Source: Mytilus trossulus (Eukaryota). From it: a stretch of DNA of 64,000 bases. Position 1 is the first letter of the stretch. The number at the start of each line of letters is the position of its first letter. The position numbers and the translations under genes are program-made. Positions 49,593-63,599 of this stretch are shown here, one piece after another. The DNA is taken from contig NC_086379.1 of assembly GCF_036588685.1 (NCBI RefSeq), forward strand, positions 85,064,001 to 85,128,000, given 5' to 3'. The notes under the pieces were generated by a model. That model made no database searches and was not told the origin of the DNA. It worked only from the letters and a program-made list of their open reading frames with translations.

Positions 49593-51039
49593 GGTGTCTT
49601 CCCGATTGTCCCACTTTTTGAAATTACAGGTAAAAAGGTAGTGAAATGTTTTTGGGACAATCGGAAAGATGTTTGTGGGACAATTGGGAAATTTAATTGT
49701 GGGACAATCGGGAATTGTTTTAATTGTGATTAATCAGTTTTTATAGTGTGAAGTAGGTAATTACAGGTAACTAATCATTTTCTTGCAAAATCTGCAGTTG
49801 GGTGTTGCACTTGGATCATCTTTTTCAAACCGTTGTGCCATCCTTCTAGATGGTATGTTGTCCTTGGTCCTTCTGTTTGATAATGATTCCATAGATGTCT
49901 GTTTGCTTCAAACCAGTACGTAGTGGCGTCATCTATGAAGAAAGTTGTTGGATTCAGTTGAATCTGGCGTTGGGTGCAAGCAGATTAGTCTTCAGTAGTA
50001 AGAAGAATCTGGTATAGTTGTCCATTGACTTCCCATGTAATAGTGCAAAAAACAGTGGGAAAATCAATCAGTGCATGCAGAGTGTGTAGCTGTTCAAAGA
50101 TTAATGGAAATGTGTAGAAAGTACCATCAACGTAGATTGAGTTGTTGTCATTGTTTGTCATGTGTTGTATGTGGTGGTCAGTGGCGAATACAAGTATCTT
50201 ATCGTAGGTACCAGCATTGATTAGCAGAAATCTTTCAGCAGCTGTTGTTTGAGTCCACTCATCCTTGATGTCAATATTCAGTAGAGATGTTGGTAGGTGT
50301 GGTTGACGATAAAAAAATGTATTTTATAGAAGGGAAAGTTGTGAGCTGTTCAACCATCTGTTGAGTATCGTCATTCCTTTCTAGTGTACGAAGCTTGGCT
50401 ATTTCCTGTTTGTAGATTGCTTGTACAGAAGTAGTATCTGCTCTTCATCTTTTCTTTTTGTGTTGCAATACTTTGGTGACCTCTACTAGTTTGGCTGGGT
50501 TTGGGGGATGATTGTGTACTAAGTTGCATCCAATTGGTATGTTGTTCAAGGTGCAAATACTTGAATTTATACTCTTTTTCAAATGTATGCATTATTTTAA
50601 TTTTTAGAATTTAAACAAATAATATTAAATCTATTTACTTTTTTTTTTAAATGTATGCATTATTTTTATATTTATTTGGAATTTAAATTAAAACAAAATA
50701 ATTATAAATGTTGGTATTTGTATTTATTCTATAAACAAAAAGTAACATTTTAGATAGGATTTTAAATACGAAATGTTATATTATTTAATGAAAAGTGCAG
50801 GAATTTCATAATTTAAAAAATATATATCATATCTTTTACTAATTAAAATGGATATAGTCCAAAAATAATACTTTGAAAATGAAATAATCAATTCTTGTTA
50901 TGTTAGCAAAATAAACACAAAGTCTACTGTTTATTTAAGAACATTTCACTTAATAAAATAATGTGGGACAATGAGAACTTTTCTTGTGGGACAATCAGAA
51001 CTCTAAAATTTTAAAAAGTGGGACAATCGGGAATAAACC
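49593..51039 (-). mobile_element. Decayed Mutator-like (MULE) transposon
   Basis: TIR ggtgtcttcccgattgtcccactttt / aaaagtgggacaatcgggaataaacc; 8-bp TSD GACCACAG; minus-strand remnant IYVDGTFYTFPLIFEQLHTLH near 50085-50140. Confidence 0.88.
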
Positions 51040-51496
51040 GACCACAGCTGTTGTAGCTTGATTGGCCCGAGTTCATAATTGTGTTTACGGACATATTGAC
51101 AGGTCTGTTGCCTACTAGATGTGTAAAACAAAATAAACTCATCGTGTCTGTCTAGTAATTATCATCGTTCTCGATATTGCTTGTAATATTTGCTGCTGAA
51201 CTTAAAGTAACCATCAGTGAATTAATTTAAGTATAGAACATCCGTAATTTTATTCCTCTTTTTCGAATTCAAAGATTTTGTGTATCCTTTGCAGAAACGT
51301 AATCAAGTTAAACGGGCCTCTTTATACATTTAGAAAACCAATGTAAAATGTAATAAAACTATTTTATTCATCCCTATATGTGTAATTTCCCCCACAGTCC
51401 TATTTGAAATAATAAATAATATAAAGTACAATAATACTGTAATGGTGACGATTAAACAAATGAACACAATTTTCCAACCTTGATTCACATTTGGTT

Positions 51497-52552
51497 TTAC
51501 TTTTTAGTACTGTAATATACATTCACACCAGGCACGAATGTTACAGAATCTTTGCCATTTTTGTCTTTTTCAGCTCTGTTTTTACTTAATGACTTTGCTA
51601 GTTGTTTGACATCTTTTGTTCTAAAAGATTCCAAAATGTCATTGCTTTTTGAGCGGTTTGGTTGATGGATACTGAAAGTATCTTCCTCAGCGTTTCTTTG
51701 TTTTTTCTTTAAAATCATATCTGTTTGAGCACGCGTCATCATCCACGGTGGTCTAGTGTCGTCTGCTTCTTGTCCTGTCATATCCAATGATTTGTCAGTT
51801 TGGTCATCATGTGATTCGTAGCTATATTTCGAAAGACGACTCTTGCTTTTCGAATTTTCGTTTGGTAGATCATCGGAGTCCTTAATAAGGGGTTGTGATA
51901 AAGTTGAATGTAGTTTCTGAAATCTGTCATCTTTTGTCGGAGCTCCTGGTTTTAGGTGCAATTTTCCTCTGTATTTATTATATTCCTTTAGTGCATCCTG
52001 ATCCACCACCATAACTTCTGGCAGTCGTGTCATAAATGTCCGCTCTCTATGAGTTACAATCTCTGTCTTTTCACGCCGAATGCTGAATGGCATTTTAGGT
52101 AAATTTTCCTTACCTCTGACACTCTGGCTTCTAAAATTGTACTCGGGTGCTTTATACATCACATCAAAACTGGGGCGCCTTTTTTCTTCCGCTATTTGTA
52201 CATTTGGTAAATTGAGCCCAGAGAGACGAAATTCATCCTCGCGTCTCCATTTTGCTTGTTTTCTTTCTTGGTTTTTCATGAAAGTTCTTGCAGAGAGATC
52301 GAATGAATTTGAATTTTTCAGTTGTCTGACACTGAGGCTAGTCAACTGCCTTTCCAGATGACGATCCTGGCTGACATTCTCGTGTAGAATAGTTCCATAT
52401 AAATTTGTTTTAGGCATGGCATGTCGGACACATAAATGTTGTTTCAGCTTAATATTCTTGGTGTCTGCTCCAGGCTCATATGTTAATAAATCACGAGATA
52501 TTTCAAACGGCAAGTTGTGTTGGATCGACATTTTAAAACTGGCTAACGTCAT
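51497..52552 (-). CDS. Uncharacterised 351-aa basic, hydrophilic protein (single coding exon)
   Basis: Non-repetitive 1056-nt ATG-TAA ORF in AT-rich DNA; acceptor-like ttatacag just upstream of ATG; AATAAA ~130 nt downstream; no domain recognised. Confidence 0.8.
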   Translation of the reverse strand: MTLASFKMSIQHNLPFEISRDLLTYEPGADTKNIKLKQHLCVRHAMPKTNLYGTILHENVSQDRHLERQLTSLSVRQLKNSNSFDLSARTFMKNQERKQAKWRREDEFRLSGLNLPNVQIAEEKRRPSFDVMYKAPEYNFRSQSVRGKENLPKMPFSIRREKTEIVTHRERTFMTRLPEVMVVDQDALKEYNKYRGKLHLKPGAPTKDDRFQKLHSTLSQPLIKDSDDLPNENSKSKSRLSKYSYESHDDQTDKSLDMTGQEADDTRPPWMMTRAQTDMILKKKQRNAEEDTFSIHQPNRSKSNDILESFRTKDVKQLAKSLSKNRAEKDKNGKDSVTFVPGVNVYYSTKK

Positions 52553-53879
52553 TCCACAAAGTCTGTATAAGGATTAATAAAGGATTATTCTTCATAAACA
52601 AATTTTGTACACAACACTTAAATCTTTAAAACCATGATCATATATACTATCTTCAATACTGTCCAATTTCTGTCTCGGCCAAGTTTTCTGACCCGTTATA
52701 ATCAAATATCATCTTTACATTAGTGTCACAATCATCATGAATCGCTACATAGACCTTAAACCGACATTATACTGATTCCTGGTCGATTGCCCTTCACAGA
52801 TAACACTTGTCCCAATGTATTCCTGTGCATTCTAACTTTACACTTATTGTCAGTTTCTGCATGTATTACACCAATATTGAATATGATATTATATTAATGT
52901 GTCGTTAACAACGGCTTTTGTTCTCCTCCGACACGGGCGACTACGTTTTGGTACATTAAGATTTATAATCAATTCGTGTGTATTAGGATAATCTAGATAT
53001 AAAACGGATCAGACCGTTAACGGGTATATGGCTGGCTTGGTCTTATTGTTTATACCATTAGCCAACTTTTGGTATTAACCAATAGGAATTATTTAATCGA
53101 AATATTTCATCAGTTAAGTACTTTAACAAATTTTTAAAGTATATGAATAGCAAAGCTATTGTTTTATTATTAAATTTAAAGATTTTCCTTCAAATAGAAT
53201 GCTTTGATAGGACTGTATAGAACGTTAATTATGATAATGTACACAGATATAAAATTCAATATGTATTTATGTTTCGGCCGATGAACTCCATCCCCGAGTT
53301 TACCATCCGCTCATTATTATGTACATCTTGTCAAGCTTTTCTTAGCTTAAATGGAAGGGAATACTTTTATGTATAGTTTAGAGCTTGATAATGCTGAGTT
53401 GTATCAAGTAATTCCTGTTTGCAGATAATTTCAAATTTTACAACACACATTGCATGTGTACAAGGGAAATTTTCGTCAAGATTTCCTTGGCCTCTATGGA
53501 AGGAACTGATTGCCGTATATTTGGTCGTTGAGTTTTACAATGAAAGCAATTTTTACTCCAACTGTGCATCTACATCTTGTTTGACAATTATTATAGTTTG
53601 TAATTTTTTTACACTCACTGTACATGGAAAATATCCGACCAGAGCGAAACAATAACAAAGATACAGTTAAGCAGACCCAGTATTGGTCTTGTTTTTATAT
53701 TTGTTGCAGGAATTGTTCCTCGCACTGTGTATAGATGCAGTTCAATGTGTCCCCATGGTTGTAGTTTATGCCCGTATATTTAAGGGGCGTTGTATGTGAG
53801 ATAACCAAAATCAATGTGTAAACCGATAAAAATGTTTGAATATTCCACTACTGCATTAAATTGATAACCTTTAAGAGTT

Positions 53880-55204
53880 AAATATTTATCTAAAATGGTT
53901 TGTCATTTTATATGCTGACGATACTGTCTTAATGGCAGAATCCCAGATAGATTTACAAAGACAACTGGACTCTTTATACGAATATTGTGAGTTATGGAAA
54001 CTTAGAGTAAATGTGCAAAAAAGTAAGATTGTAATTTTTTCACAAGGTAGACTACCGCAGAATATTGTTTTTAAGTATGATAATATAATACTAGATATTG
54101 TGAGTGAATTTACTTATCTTGGTGTATTACTGTCTAGGTCAGGTAATTTTTCAAGAGCTAAAAAAAGCAATGTGAAAAAGCAACACATGCTATATACGAT
54201 ATTATTCGAAAATGTAGAGTACATAATCTGTCAATTGAATGCCAACTTGATCTATTTGATAAAATTGTGAAACCAATACTTCTGTATGGGTGCGAAGTTT
54301 GGGGTTTTGGAAATAATTCAATAATCGAGAGGGTTCATATTAAATTTTGTAAAATATTACTTGGAGTTAAAAAGTCTACTCCTGATTTTATGATTTATGG
54401 TGAATTGGGAAGATATCCATTAGATATTTCAATCAAGTAACGAATGATAAATTATTGGTTCAAGTTGGTAACTGGTAAACCTGACAAATTACCTTTTATT
54501 TTGTATAACTTAGCAACTGCCAAATATGGTACAAATATTTTATGGTTAAAACAAGTCAAATCAATTTTAGACACGTGTGGCTTGTCATAGGTATGGGAAA
54601 ATATCTTTTTTGTAAATAAAACATGGCTACATGTAACCATCAAATAGAATTTGATAGATCAATTTAAACAAAAATGGCTAGCAAGCCTACAGGAATCACC
54701 AAAAGCATTAAATTATCGTTTATTTAAAGATCATTTGAGTTTGAGAAATATTTAAATATTTTGGATGACAGGCAGATGTCCTTATTTCTTAAATTTCGAA
54801 CTTTGAACAGGAAATTTCCAATAGAAACTGGAAGATGGAAAAATATAGAAAGAGAAAACAGAAAATGTATATTGTGTAATTCAGATGCCATTGGGGATGA
54901 ATACCATTACATTTTTAATTGTTCAGCTTTTGATAAATGTAGAAAACAATGTATTGCATTTTACTATAGAAATAGACCAAACTCATTAAAGTTTTATGAA
55001 TTAATGAATTCTAAAAAATGTACAGAACTGAACGAACTATGTAAACTTATTAAGGAGATCAATAACAAATTGAACTTTTCTGGGTGAACAATTGTGAACG
55101 CCTCTATCTACTTTCGTATATTATTTATTTGTGTAATTGTATTGTAATATGTATAATCTCTATACCTTTGTAATTTGGTTTGTGAGAATAAAGATATATA
55201 TATA
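53880..55204 (+). mobile_element. 5'-truncated, decayed non-LTR retrotransposon (RT C-terminus and Cys/His motif); clade not resolved
   Basis: LYADD at ~53908; FTYLG; LLYGCEVWG; YGELGRYPL; PIETGRW...CILC...DEYHYIFNC; stops and frameshifts; ends AATAAA plus (TA)n. Confidence 0.9.
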
Positions 55205-56779
55205 AGAATAAGTGTATTTAAGCTTCAATTAGCTTAAATCAGGTACATGGATCGTGTATAAAATGACGGGCTTTATAAACAACATTACCGTAAAAAAAGG
55301 AAGTGACATACCTTTTGTAATTAGCATTTTACAGGCACAGCAAAACTTTCTTACGGAATCTTTTTATCGATGAAATAATTCGATAAAGGTTATAATTAGT
55401 TTGCGGAAACGATATCCCTAGTTTACTTATTTTCCAGTTTTTCATAAATTACGTTCACTGAAATCTTAAAAACTAAAACACGACTGCAGACACCGGCATA
55501 GCGAACAACTTGTGAAATTAACACAACGTAAGAAGAGTTCAAACGGAACTTCACCGTCCAATTAAAGAAAATTAAAATTCGGGAACGAAACATCGACACT
55601 AAAATTGTCACAAAATGTTAGTGATGAGTTTCTCGTTTGATACTGAAATATCCAAATATTTTTTTTAGATGAGAAAAGGGCAGTTTTTGCTTGATTATAT
55701 TGATTTATAGTAAGTTGCTCTGGGTAAATTTCAGCAGTATTTAGAAAATTCTTCCTTATTGAAAGTCATAATTGTGTCTTAATAACGGTTATTGTTTTTA
55801 AATTTACCAATTAAATATTTAAGACGGATCTTCAATGAGTTTGGCCATAAACTGTATTTTATAACAATACGGGAACAAGTCTGTTATTGAAGGGGTGCAA
55901 TTGGTGCCTATAAGAATACCTACAACCTGTCGATTAACTTTATCAATGTATCATGTATTCTATATATAGTATATAGTTACTAAATGAGTACATATTAAAT
56001 CAGATATCAAAATGATTATGGGCGTCTTCAAATTTTTGAGTTGGTAGACTTTTGAACATCACCTTGTTACAATCAATACTCGAAGCATGTTATTGTTTGG
56101 ATGTGTTGGATATTTAAAAATTTAAATGGCAAACGTCAATATCCACAACTGATTACTAGCAACTGACTGTCGATATCTCTGCTGATGAAATATCAGTCCC
56201 AGAGAATATCATCCGTTCAGTGACCAGTGTTTTTTTTTCTCGCTTGAATTGTTTTACATTGTCTTATCGGGGCCTTTTATAGCTGACTGTATGTGGTATG
56301 GGCTTTGCTCATTATTGACGGCCGTACGGTGACCTATAATTGTTAATGTTTGTGTCATTTTGGTCTTTTGTGGATAGTTGTCTCATTGGCAATCATACCA
56401 CATCTTCTTTTTTTTTTTTTTATATTTGACCACTTCTATTTAATGAATATGATCCAGATAAAAGAAAGACAACTCAATAACAACTCTTTGAATTTAGAAC
56501 GTTCCAAGGTTTACATTTATACGATCGATGAAAAGACATTCCAGTGCCGAATTATTTATTTAATGATAAAGTTGATAATACAGATGTCATATATACCTAT
56601 TGTAATATGTCATTCATATAGATATGTATATGTAAAGGACTGACACATCAATCGATTTGTAGAAATCTAATGTTGTTACATGAGATTTACCACAGATATT
56701 GAACCATAAACAGACGAAATGTTTTGCCAAGAGATAAACTGAAATGAATTCATTTTCTTGGATCTTAATCTAAGAGTGG

Positions 56780-58045
56780 TGCTATACATTTAATGCTGGT
56801 GTTATTGGAGGTTGTGGCTATACATTGAATGATGGGGCTATCGAAGGTTGAGGCTATACATTGAATGATGGGGCTATTGGAAAGCGAGGCTCTACATTGA
56901 ATGATGGGGCTATTGAAGATCGAGGCTCTACATTGAATTATGGGGCTTTTGGAGGTTGTGGCTATGCATTGAACAAGAGTGCACACGCTGAAATGTTTCG
57001 CCTTCTTTACTAACCATTGATATTATGTTGATAGACCTAAACATAAAGCTTTATTACAACTGTTACATAAACTCAACATTAACCAAAGAAAACGAAACAT
57101 TGATCAATGAACCATGAAAATGAGGTCAAGGTCAGATCAACCATTCCAGGCAGACATGTACAGCTAATAATTCTTCAATACAACAAATATAGTTGACTTA
57201 TTGCTTATAAATTAAGAAAAACAGACCAAAACACAAACACTTTTTTTTAAAACACGTAGCAATGGACCGTGAAAATGAGGTCAAGGTCAAATAAAACCTG
57301 CGTAACAGACATATAGATCATAAAATATTTCCATACACCAAATATAGTTGACTAATGCACAAAGTATTAGAAAAATAGACCAAAACTCAAAAACTTAACT
57401 TTGACCACTGAACCATGAAAATGAGGTCAAGGTCAGATGACACCTGCCAGTTGGACATGTACACCTTACAGTCTATCAAACACCGAATATACTAGACATA
57501 TTGCTTATAGTATCTGAGATATGGACTTGACCACAAAAAATTAACCTTGTTCACTGATCCATGAAATGAGGTCGAGGTCAAGTGAAAACTGTCTGACGGG
57601 CATGGGGACCTAGCAAGGTACACACATACCAAATATAGTTATCCAATTACTTATAATAAGAGAGAATTTAACCTTAATTTTTTTCAAGTAGTCACTGAAC
57701 CATGAAAATGAGGTCAATGACATTGGACATGTGACTGACGGAAAGTTCATAACATGAGGCACCTATATACAAAGTATGAAACATCCAGGTCTTCTACCTT
57801 CTAAAATATAAAGTTTTTAAGAAGTTAGCTGTAGCCGCCGCCGGATCACTATCCCAATGTCGAGCTTTCTGCAACAAAAGTTGCAGGCTCGACAATAATG
57901 GGACTATTGAAGAGTGAGGCTATACATTGAATGATGGGGCTATTGAAGGGTGAGGCTATACATTGAATGATGGGGCTATTGGAGTGTGAGGCTATACATT
58001 GAATGATGGGGCTATTGGAGGTTAAGGCTATACATTGAAGAATGG
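56780..58045. repeat. 36-bp minisatellite interrupted by an insertion
   Basis: ggctatacattgaatgatggggctattggagg units on both sides of 56972-57895. Confidence 0.88.
56972..57895 (+). mobile_element. Helentron/HINE-like element with internal ~150-bp tandem repeats
   Basis: Starts aacaagagtgcacacg; five gaaaatgaggtcaaggtca-type units; terminal hairpin gtcgagc...ctgcaac aaaa gttgcag gctcgac; inserted at AA/TT. Confidence 0.75.
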
Positions 58046-59228
58046 AGGTGCACTATCATCAAAAAGAAAGCTTAACGGGTGATCCCTGCATTTATCACAT
58101 CATGTTCTCAATCTGATGGAACTAAACAAACATGGCAATATTTGTCAAATTAATACATGACAGAAGATATTTTAAGATGATCAATTCTGAATTAAATATA
58201 TTTCTTTATGTTCAAAGTCGCAAATCCTAATTGATCTTAACATTAGCAAATATTTGCAGGTAATTTTAAATCCAGATCTTGTGTTCCAGGTGGACAGTTT
58301 TGAACAGTGATATATTTAAATAACAGCATAATTGTATAAATCATTTAAGGTCAAGTGATTACTAATTTAATACTGTAGTTAGTACAGTGATAATAACTAC
58401 CATGTTTTACCATATAATCATTGATCTTGATGATGCTTACTTTCTTGACCATACATATGTGAATATAACAACTTCTGTTTTTACTTTTTATCATACTACA
58501 AACTTGTTCTGTTTTTTTTCCAATCTTTCCAGGGAACTTTGTATAATTCGATTTAAGAAAAGTTTTCTATAAGTTCTAACAACTCGTTCAAATAGGGAAA
58601 AAAACCAAAGTACAATACTGAAGTAATATGCTGTATGCCCCACACACGAAAATTTACATTTCAAAAAGAACATTTAGATAAATGCTGTATTGACATTAAA
58701 ATTCAATTATTTCTATCCTTTTGTACGGAAATGAGTGGTATTTTATTGGAATATTGAATTGACAACTTTTATTCAACTTTTTAATGGGATACAACTTCGA
58801 TAATACATTTCAAACTATTATGGTCCATAATGAGAATACATATTACAGACATTAGTTTATCGGGCGACATTTTTGTCTTCTACAACAAACAACATTATGA
58901 AAAAGAAGGAAAATATATTTACGCCACCATCAAAAATTAAAAAAACAATACAACAAACCAACAAAAAGTGGCTTGAGGATGAAACCATGGTGATAAGTTA
59001 CTGATGACATTGATCCTTCGTGTCATTTAAGTATGTCTGTTATATACATTATTTAGTGATGTTGTCACCTCAACAAAGAAAAGAACTGAAAACAATCTAA
59101 ACCCACTCATTGTGGCGATTAATAACAGCCAGAACTTTAACTGGACAGGTACGATGTGTTATTCTTTATTAAATAAAAAAAAAACTCACTAACTGTACGT
59201 GTTTTACTCGCAAGACATCTCAAGAATA

Positions 59229-60241
59229 TTAAACAAAGGTTTTTTGCGTGATCATAATTTCATTTTGGTTTGGCCAGGTCATTGGACTAAATCTTTCATT
59301 GTCCAGTAACATCTGTGTGGACTGTCGCCATACTTTAAACTGCCTAGATGACGGTCTGACAGTGGCATGACCGTGCTTTGGTTCTATACCCCTCAGGGCA
59401 CTACTGGGGAACCAGAAAGTGTCCTCCTTACCAAAATAACTCTTTTGTCTAGTCATTGTCCTTGTTTTATTTAATGGCGGTAATCCTATAGCGTCTGATT
59501 TTAGAGCCTTTTCAAATGAGACTCCTCTCCTAGGTGTACCCAGAGTTAACACTGGTGTGATAAGATTTTTTCTCGGTTTGTTACTAATATCTTTGATAGA
59601 TCGCGGCGACGACTCGCGCACACCTCTAGATACAGACTCGCGCACGCCTTTAGATGTAACCTCACGGACATTCCTCGGATTTGTCGCAGATTTAGAATAT
59701 TGTTTTATTTTCACTGTTTCATTATACTTTCTATTGTTAGAAACATAAGCACTAAGTCTTTCGTTGAACCGACGTCGATGTCGGATATTTACTCCTTGTT
59801 GTGAAGCGTCGAGCGATAGTTTTATTGTTTTCACATTACTGTCCTTTTCTCCTAGAACTGATGAACGACCACTATTTAATCCGTTAGAATCTACATCATC
59901 AAAATCGAAATGTGTATGGTGAATTGTTTTTTTACCCAAGAACAGATGGCGGTCATTCAGAACTTGGTCACTAAATTTATATAAACTATCCACTGTGAAA
60001 ATAGGCGATGGCGCTACTAAATTCCCGTGATCGAATCCGTCTTCCCTCGGTAGGTACACATTTATAAACCCGTCACCATAATTAATTTCTGTTTTCTCTC
60101 TATCCATTTTAATTTCCATATTCATATTATATTGGCAAACAGAAGGCTTACTTTTTAAATATGTATATTCACTTCTGTTGAAAACTCCGATTTTACATTT
60201 CTTTTCATCTCTCACTTGCCGATATAAAACTTGTTCTTTTT
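59229..60241 (-). CDS. Uncharacterised basic S/R-rich protein; long terminal or single coding exon (first ATG at 60125)
   Basis: ~1 kb non-repetitive ORF, open up to an acceptor-like aaacag at 60242; AATAAA at 59165-59170; true start uncertain. Confidence 0.72.
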
Positions 60242-60941
60242 CTGTTTAGAAGATGGATATAATATTTCAACCACTGATTGTCGTTTAGATATAATTGTGT
60301 TTACATGTTATCATACATGTAAATAAGAGTTAACTAAAGCATCTGTCTTAACAATCTGTTTAAAATATACCTCCTTCTTCGTACGAGAACAATACTAAAT
60401 ATCTTGGATTTAAATCACTGGTATAGATAACATTACTCCGTATTTTCCCACTAAATATGGTCTTGTCTTAATAACACAATATTCTTTATAGATATTTAAA
60501 TAAAGGTTTATCACAATATCAAGACTTCATGAGATAAAAGAGATTATTTAAATAAAATGTTTTACCGAAGTTAATGAATAATCCCCCTTTATATGACATT
60601 CAATGCAATAATTGCTTTTTTAAAGCTGCTACCTTTAAATTGTAAATATATGAAAAGATTTTAAATATCGGAGTACTTGGACATTTTATGTCATTATTGT
60701 ATATATTCTAAAGATAATTGGTGGTTTTAACTTGAAACTGTATCGAACTTATTAGTAGACTATAGCTCCCAGTGAAGGGTTAAAAAGAATGTTCGGTAAT
60801 GTCAAGAACAGCAAGTATTAGTAAAATAATGACAACACGAAGATAGCAGAACGAAAAAGAAATTAAAAAAGTAAAAGAAAGGACAGCAGCAACATATATA
60901 AAAAGGAAGGGATATCAAGAAACACATGATTACCATTTGTT

Positions 60942-62573
60942 AGTTTAAACAATATTTATTCAGATAAATTCATCATGATACGATATAATACAAATATATT
61001 CAGGATTCAGAAACAAGCAATTTGCTTTTACAAATCTGTCTCCTTTACAAAAATAATACACTTATTGAACAATACATAAAATAAATAACTGGCATGCTCT
61101 GTAATAAATATATGAATATGAAAAAGGTGAAAGAAGAATAAGAAGAAAAAAAAAATTATTGAGAAAAAAATAAAAAATAAATAAAAATATACATGAATTA
61201 TTGTACTGTATACAGTGTGAAATGCTTTGGTTCCTAATGAGTGACGAAGCATTAACATCAAGGGTTAAAACGTTTACTTTTAATAATATATTTCTGCACC
61301 AAACTAAATAAAAGACTATTTTGCTCATCTGAGAGTACCGTTGATCCAAAAAGCAAAGTTGTTGTGTTAACTTGGACAGGAAGAACTGAAACAGAATCTA
61401 ATAGTTCTTGTCTTAAATTAGTATATAAAGGGCAAGATAACAGGAAGTGAGAATTTGTTTCTACATCACCACAACGACAATTTGGAGAGTCTACTAAGTT
61501 ACGAAGGAAAAGGTGAGAATTCAATGAACTTGAATCCATTCTTAAGCGAGCATGAATAATTTGACCAAAACGATGTCCTATATAATAATACGCTGGGATC
61601 TTACTATTTTGGGTACTAATTTGTTTTTTGAATAATGATAGAGATTCACATTTTCTTATGTTTAAGTTAAGAGTGTTCCATAGTTTTGTTGTTGCAGGGA
61701 TGAAATATTCAGAATATAAACGGGTCCGTGTGTTGACTTGTGAAATATTATTTCTCTGTCTTGTATTATGATCATGCCTACTGCCTACTGAATCAGGTAA
61801 TAAGTCTCTTAAATACTCTGGAGTTTTATTATTCAAAATTTTGTGATACTGAGTTAGTCTGTGATTGCGTCGTCTTTCAGATAATTTTTCCCATCGAGTT
61901 TCAACATATAAATTGTTTATACTGGTAAGTTTAGTACCCCCCGTGACGATACGCGCTGCGTCAAGCTGAATACTTTCAAGTTTAGCAATCAAATTCTGAT
62001 TTTGAGAGTCCCAAACGACATCGGCATATTCAAGAATTGGGCGAACAAATGATATATAAATTTTTTCAAGTGTAAATCTATCAAGGACATTTTTCATTTT
62101 TCTCATAATATTTATTCTTTTGTAAGATTTAGAAACTATATATTCAATATGATCGTTCCAGGATCCGTTATTAGAAAAGAGGACACCTAGATGTTTGTGT
62201 TTACCTACTGTTTGTAACTCTTGGGTGTTCATATTTAATGGAGGATGAAAGGGTCTATTTTTTTTTTTTGAAATTATCATACTTTCAGTTTTTTGGGCAT
62301 TAAAATTCACAAGCCATTTTTTGGACCAATTATAAATCTTATCTAGATCATCATTTAAAATTTTAGCTGTTTCTGTTGGATTGTCAACCATAATATATAA
62401 TGATGTGTCATCTGCGAATAGCTTAATTTGAGCTTGGATATCTTCTACAATATCGTTTATAAATATCAAAAATAGGAGAGGGCCTAGAATGGACCCTTGT
62501 GGGACGCCTGCATTTACAGGTAACCATCCAGAACTTGAACCGTTAATAACCACCCGCTGGACTCTATTTGTAA
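60942..62573 (-). mobile_element. 5'-truncated CR1/L2-like LINE with uninterrupted partial RT ORF (61258..62573)
   Basis: GVPQGSILGPLLF, LFADD, HKHLG and C-terminal CRCG...HFLLSC; 14-bp TSD GATTACCATTTGTT at 60928-60941 and 62574-62587; AATAAA near the 3' end. Confidence 0.95.
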
Positions 62574-62637
62574 GATTACCATTTGTTGTAGTAAGACATA
62601 AAAACGTCACGAAAAAACAACAAATAGACAAACAAGA

Positions 62638-63220
62638 AAGGAGTAGGTCCGGTAAGGGCCGATTTTGGTCTCAAATTTCAGGTTCATTTAACGAAAGTGT
62701 TTGGACACTTTTTAAACACTTAAGTGTTTACTTCAATTGATTCGATTAGTTTATGTAAAAGATTTTTACTGATTTTAGTCTTTAAAAACGCTATGATCTA
62801 AGCTTAAATATGAAAAATCTATCAAATATGCCAAAAAACGTCACTTTTCAGATGTTTTTTGTCAAAAATGAAAGTGGGCGCATCCGTGTTCATCCTCAAC
62901 CTTTATATATGTTTTGTATTATCATCAAATACAACTTACATTTCAATATAATGAATGAACACGAATGCGGCCACTTTCATTTTAGACGGAAACCGTCTGA
63001 AAATTAAACAAAATGCTCAAATTTTGATGATTTCAGTAATTTAGCATGACTTAATGATGCTAGTACGCGATATTTGTGCATTGTATTGTCAAAAACAGCC
63101 CATATTTAAGTTGCAGAAGCATTTTACTTTCCATAATATAGTTTAAAGATTGCATTTTCACAATTTTGAAAAACAGTTATATTTTGGGGCCAAAAAGGGG
63201 TCTTACTGAACCTACTCCTT
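62638..63220. mobile_element. MITE, superfamily unclear
   Basis: TIR aaggagtaggtccggtaag / cttactgaacctactcctt. Confidence 0.82.
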
Positions 63221-63599
63221 TGACTTGAATATTATAATAAGCAGCACGAACCCCTACTAGGATAATGTCGTGGACAGATACACTATCAACATATTATTCG
63301 GTTAAATTAACTTGTTTTAACAGAGAAAACTTTCTTTTTATATTGGTTAATTTAGTTTAGATCACCTGGTACAAAGGGCTAGCATTATAGCTTTTACCAG
63401 CACTTGCCTTGGGGTATGCCGTCTGCCATTGTCCGTCGTCTGTCATTATCCGTCGTCTGTCTTGTCCGTCGTCCGTTTATCAAGTTACTTTAACGGTAAC
63501 TGTCCTTAAATTACGGATTTTGTCATTTATTTCCATTTCTGCCTTTTGTTCTTAAAATTATAATGGATATACATAATTTTTGTGCAGCAAAAAAGATCA

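Noticed and set aside
55423-55611. SYVVLISQVVRYAGVCS, resembling a Penelope-like retroelement fragment
   Set aside because: Too short and degenerate to call without a search.
62574-62631. Hydrophobic N-terminus (MSICCFFVTFLCL) of the 457-aa RT ORF, suggesting a domesticated fusion
   Set aside because: It lies in the TSD and flank outside the element and begins at a non-ATG codon; chance read-through.
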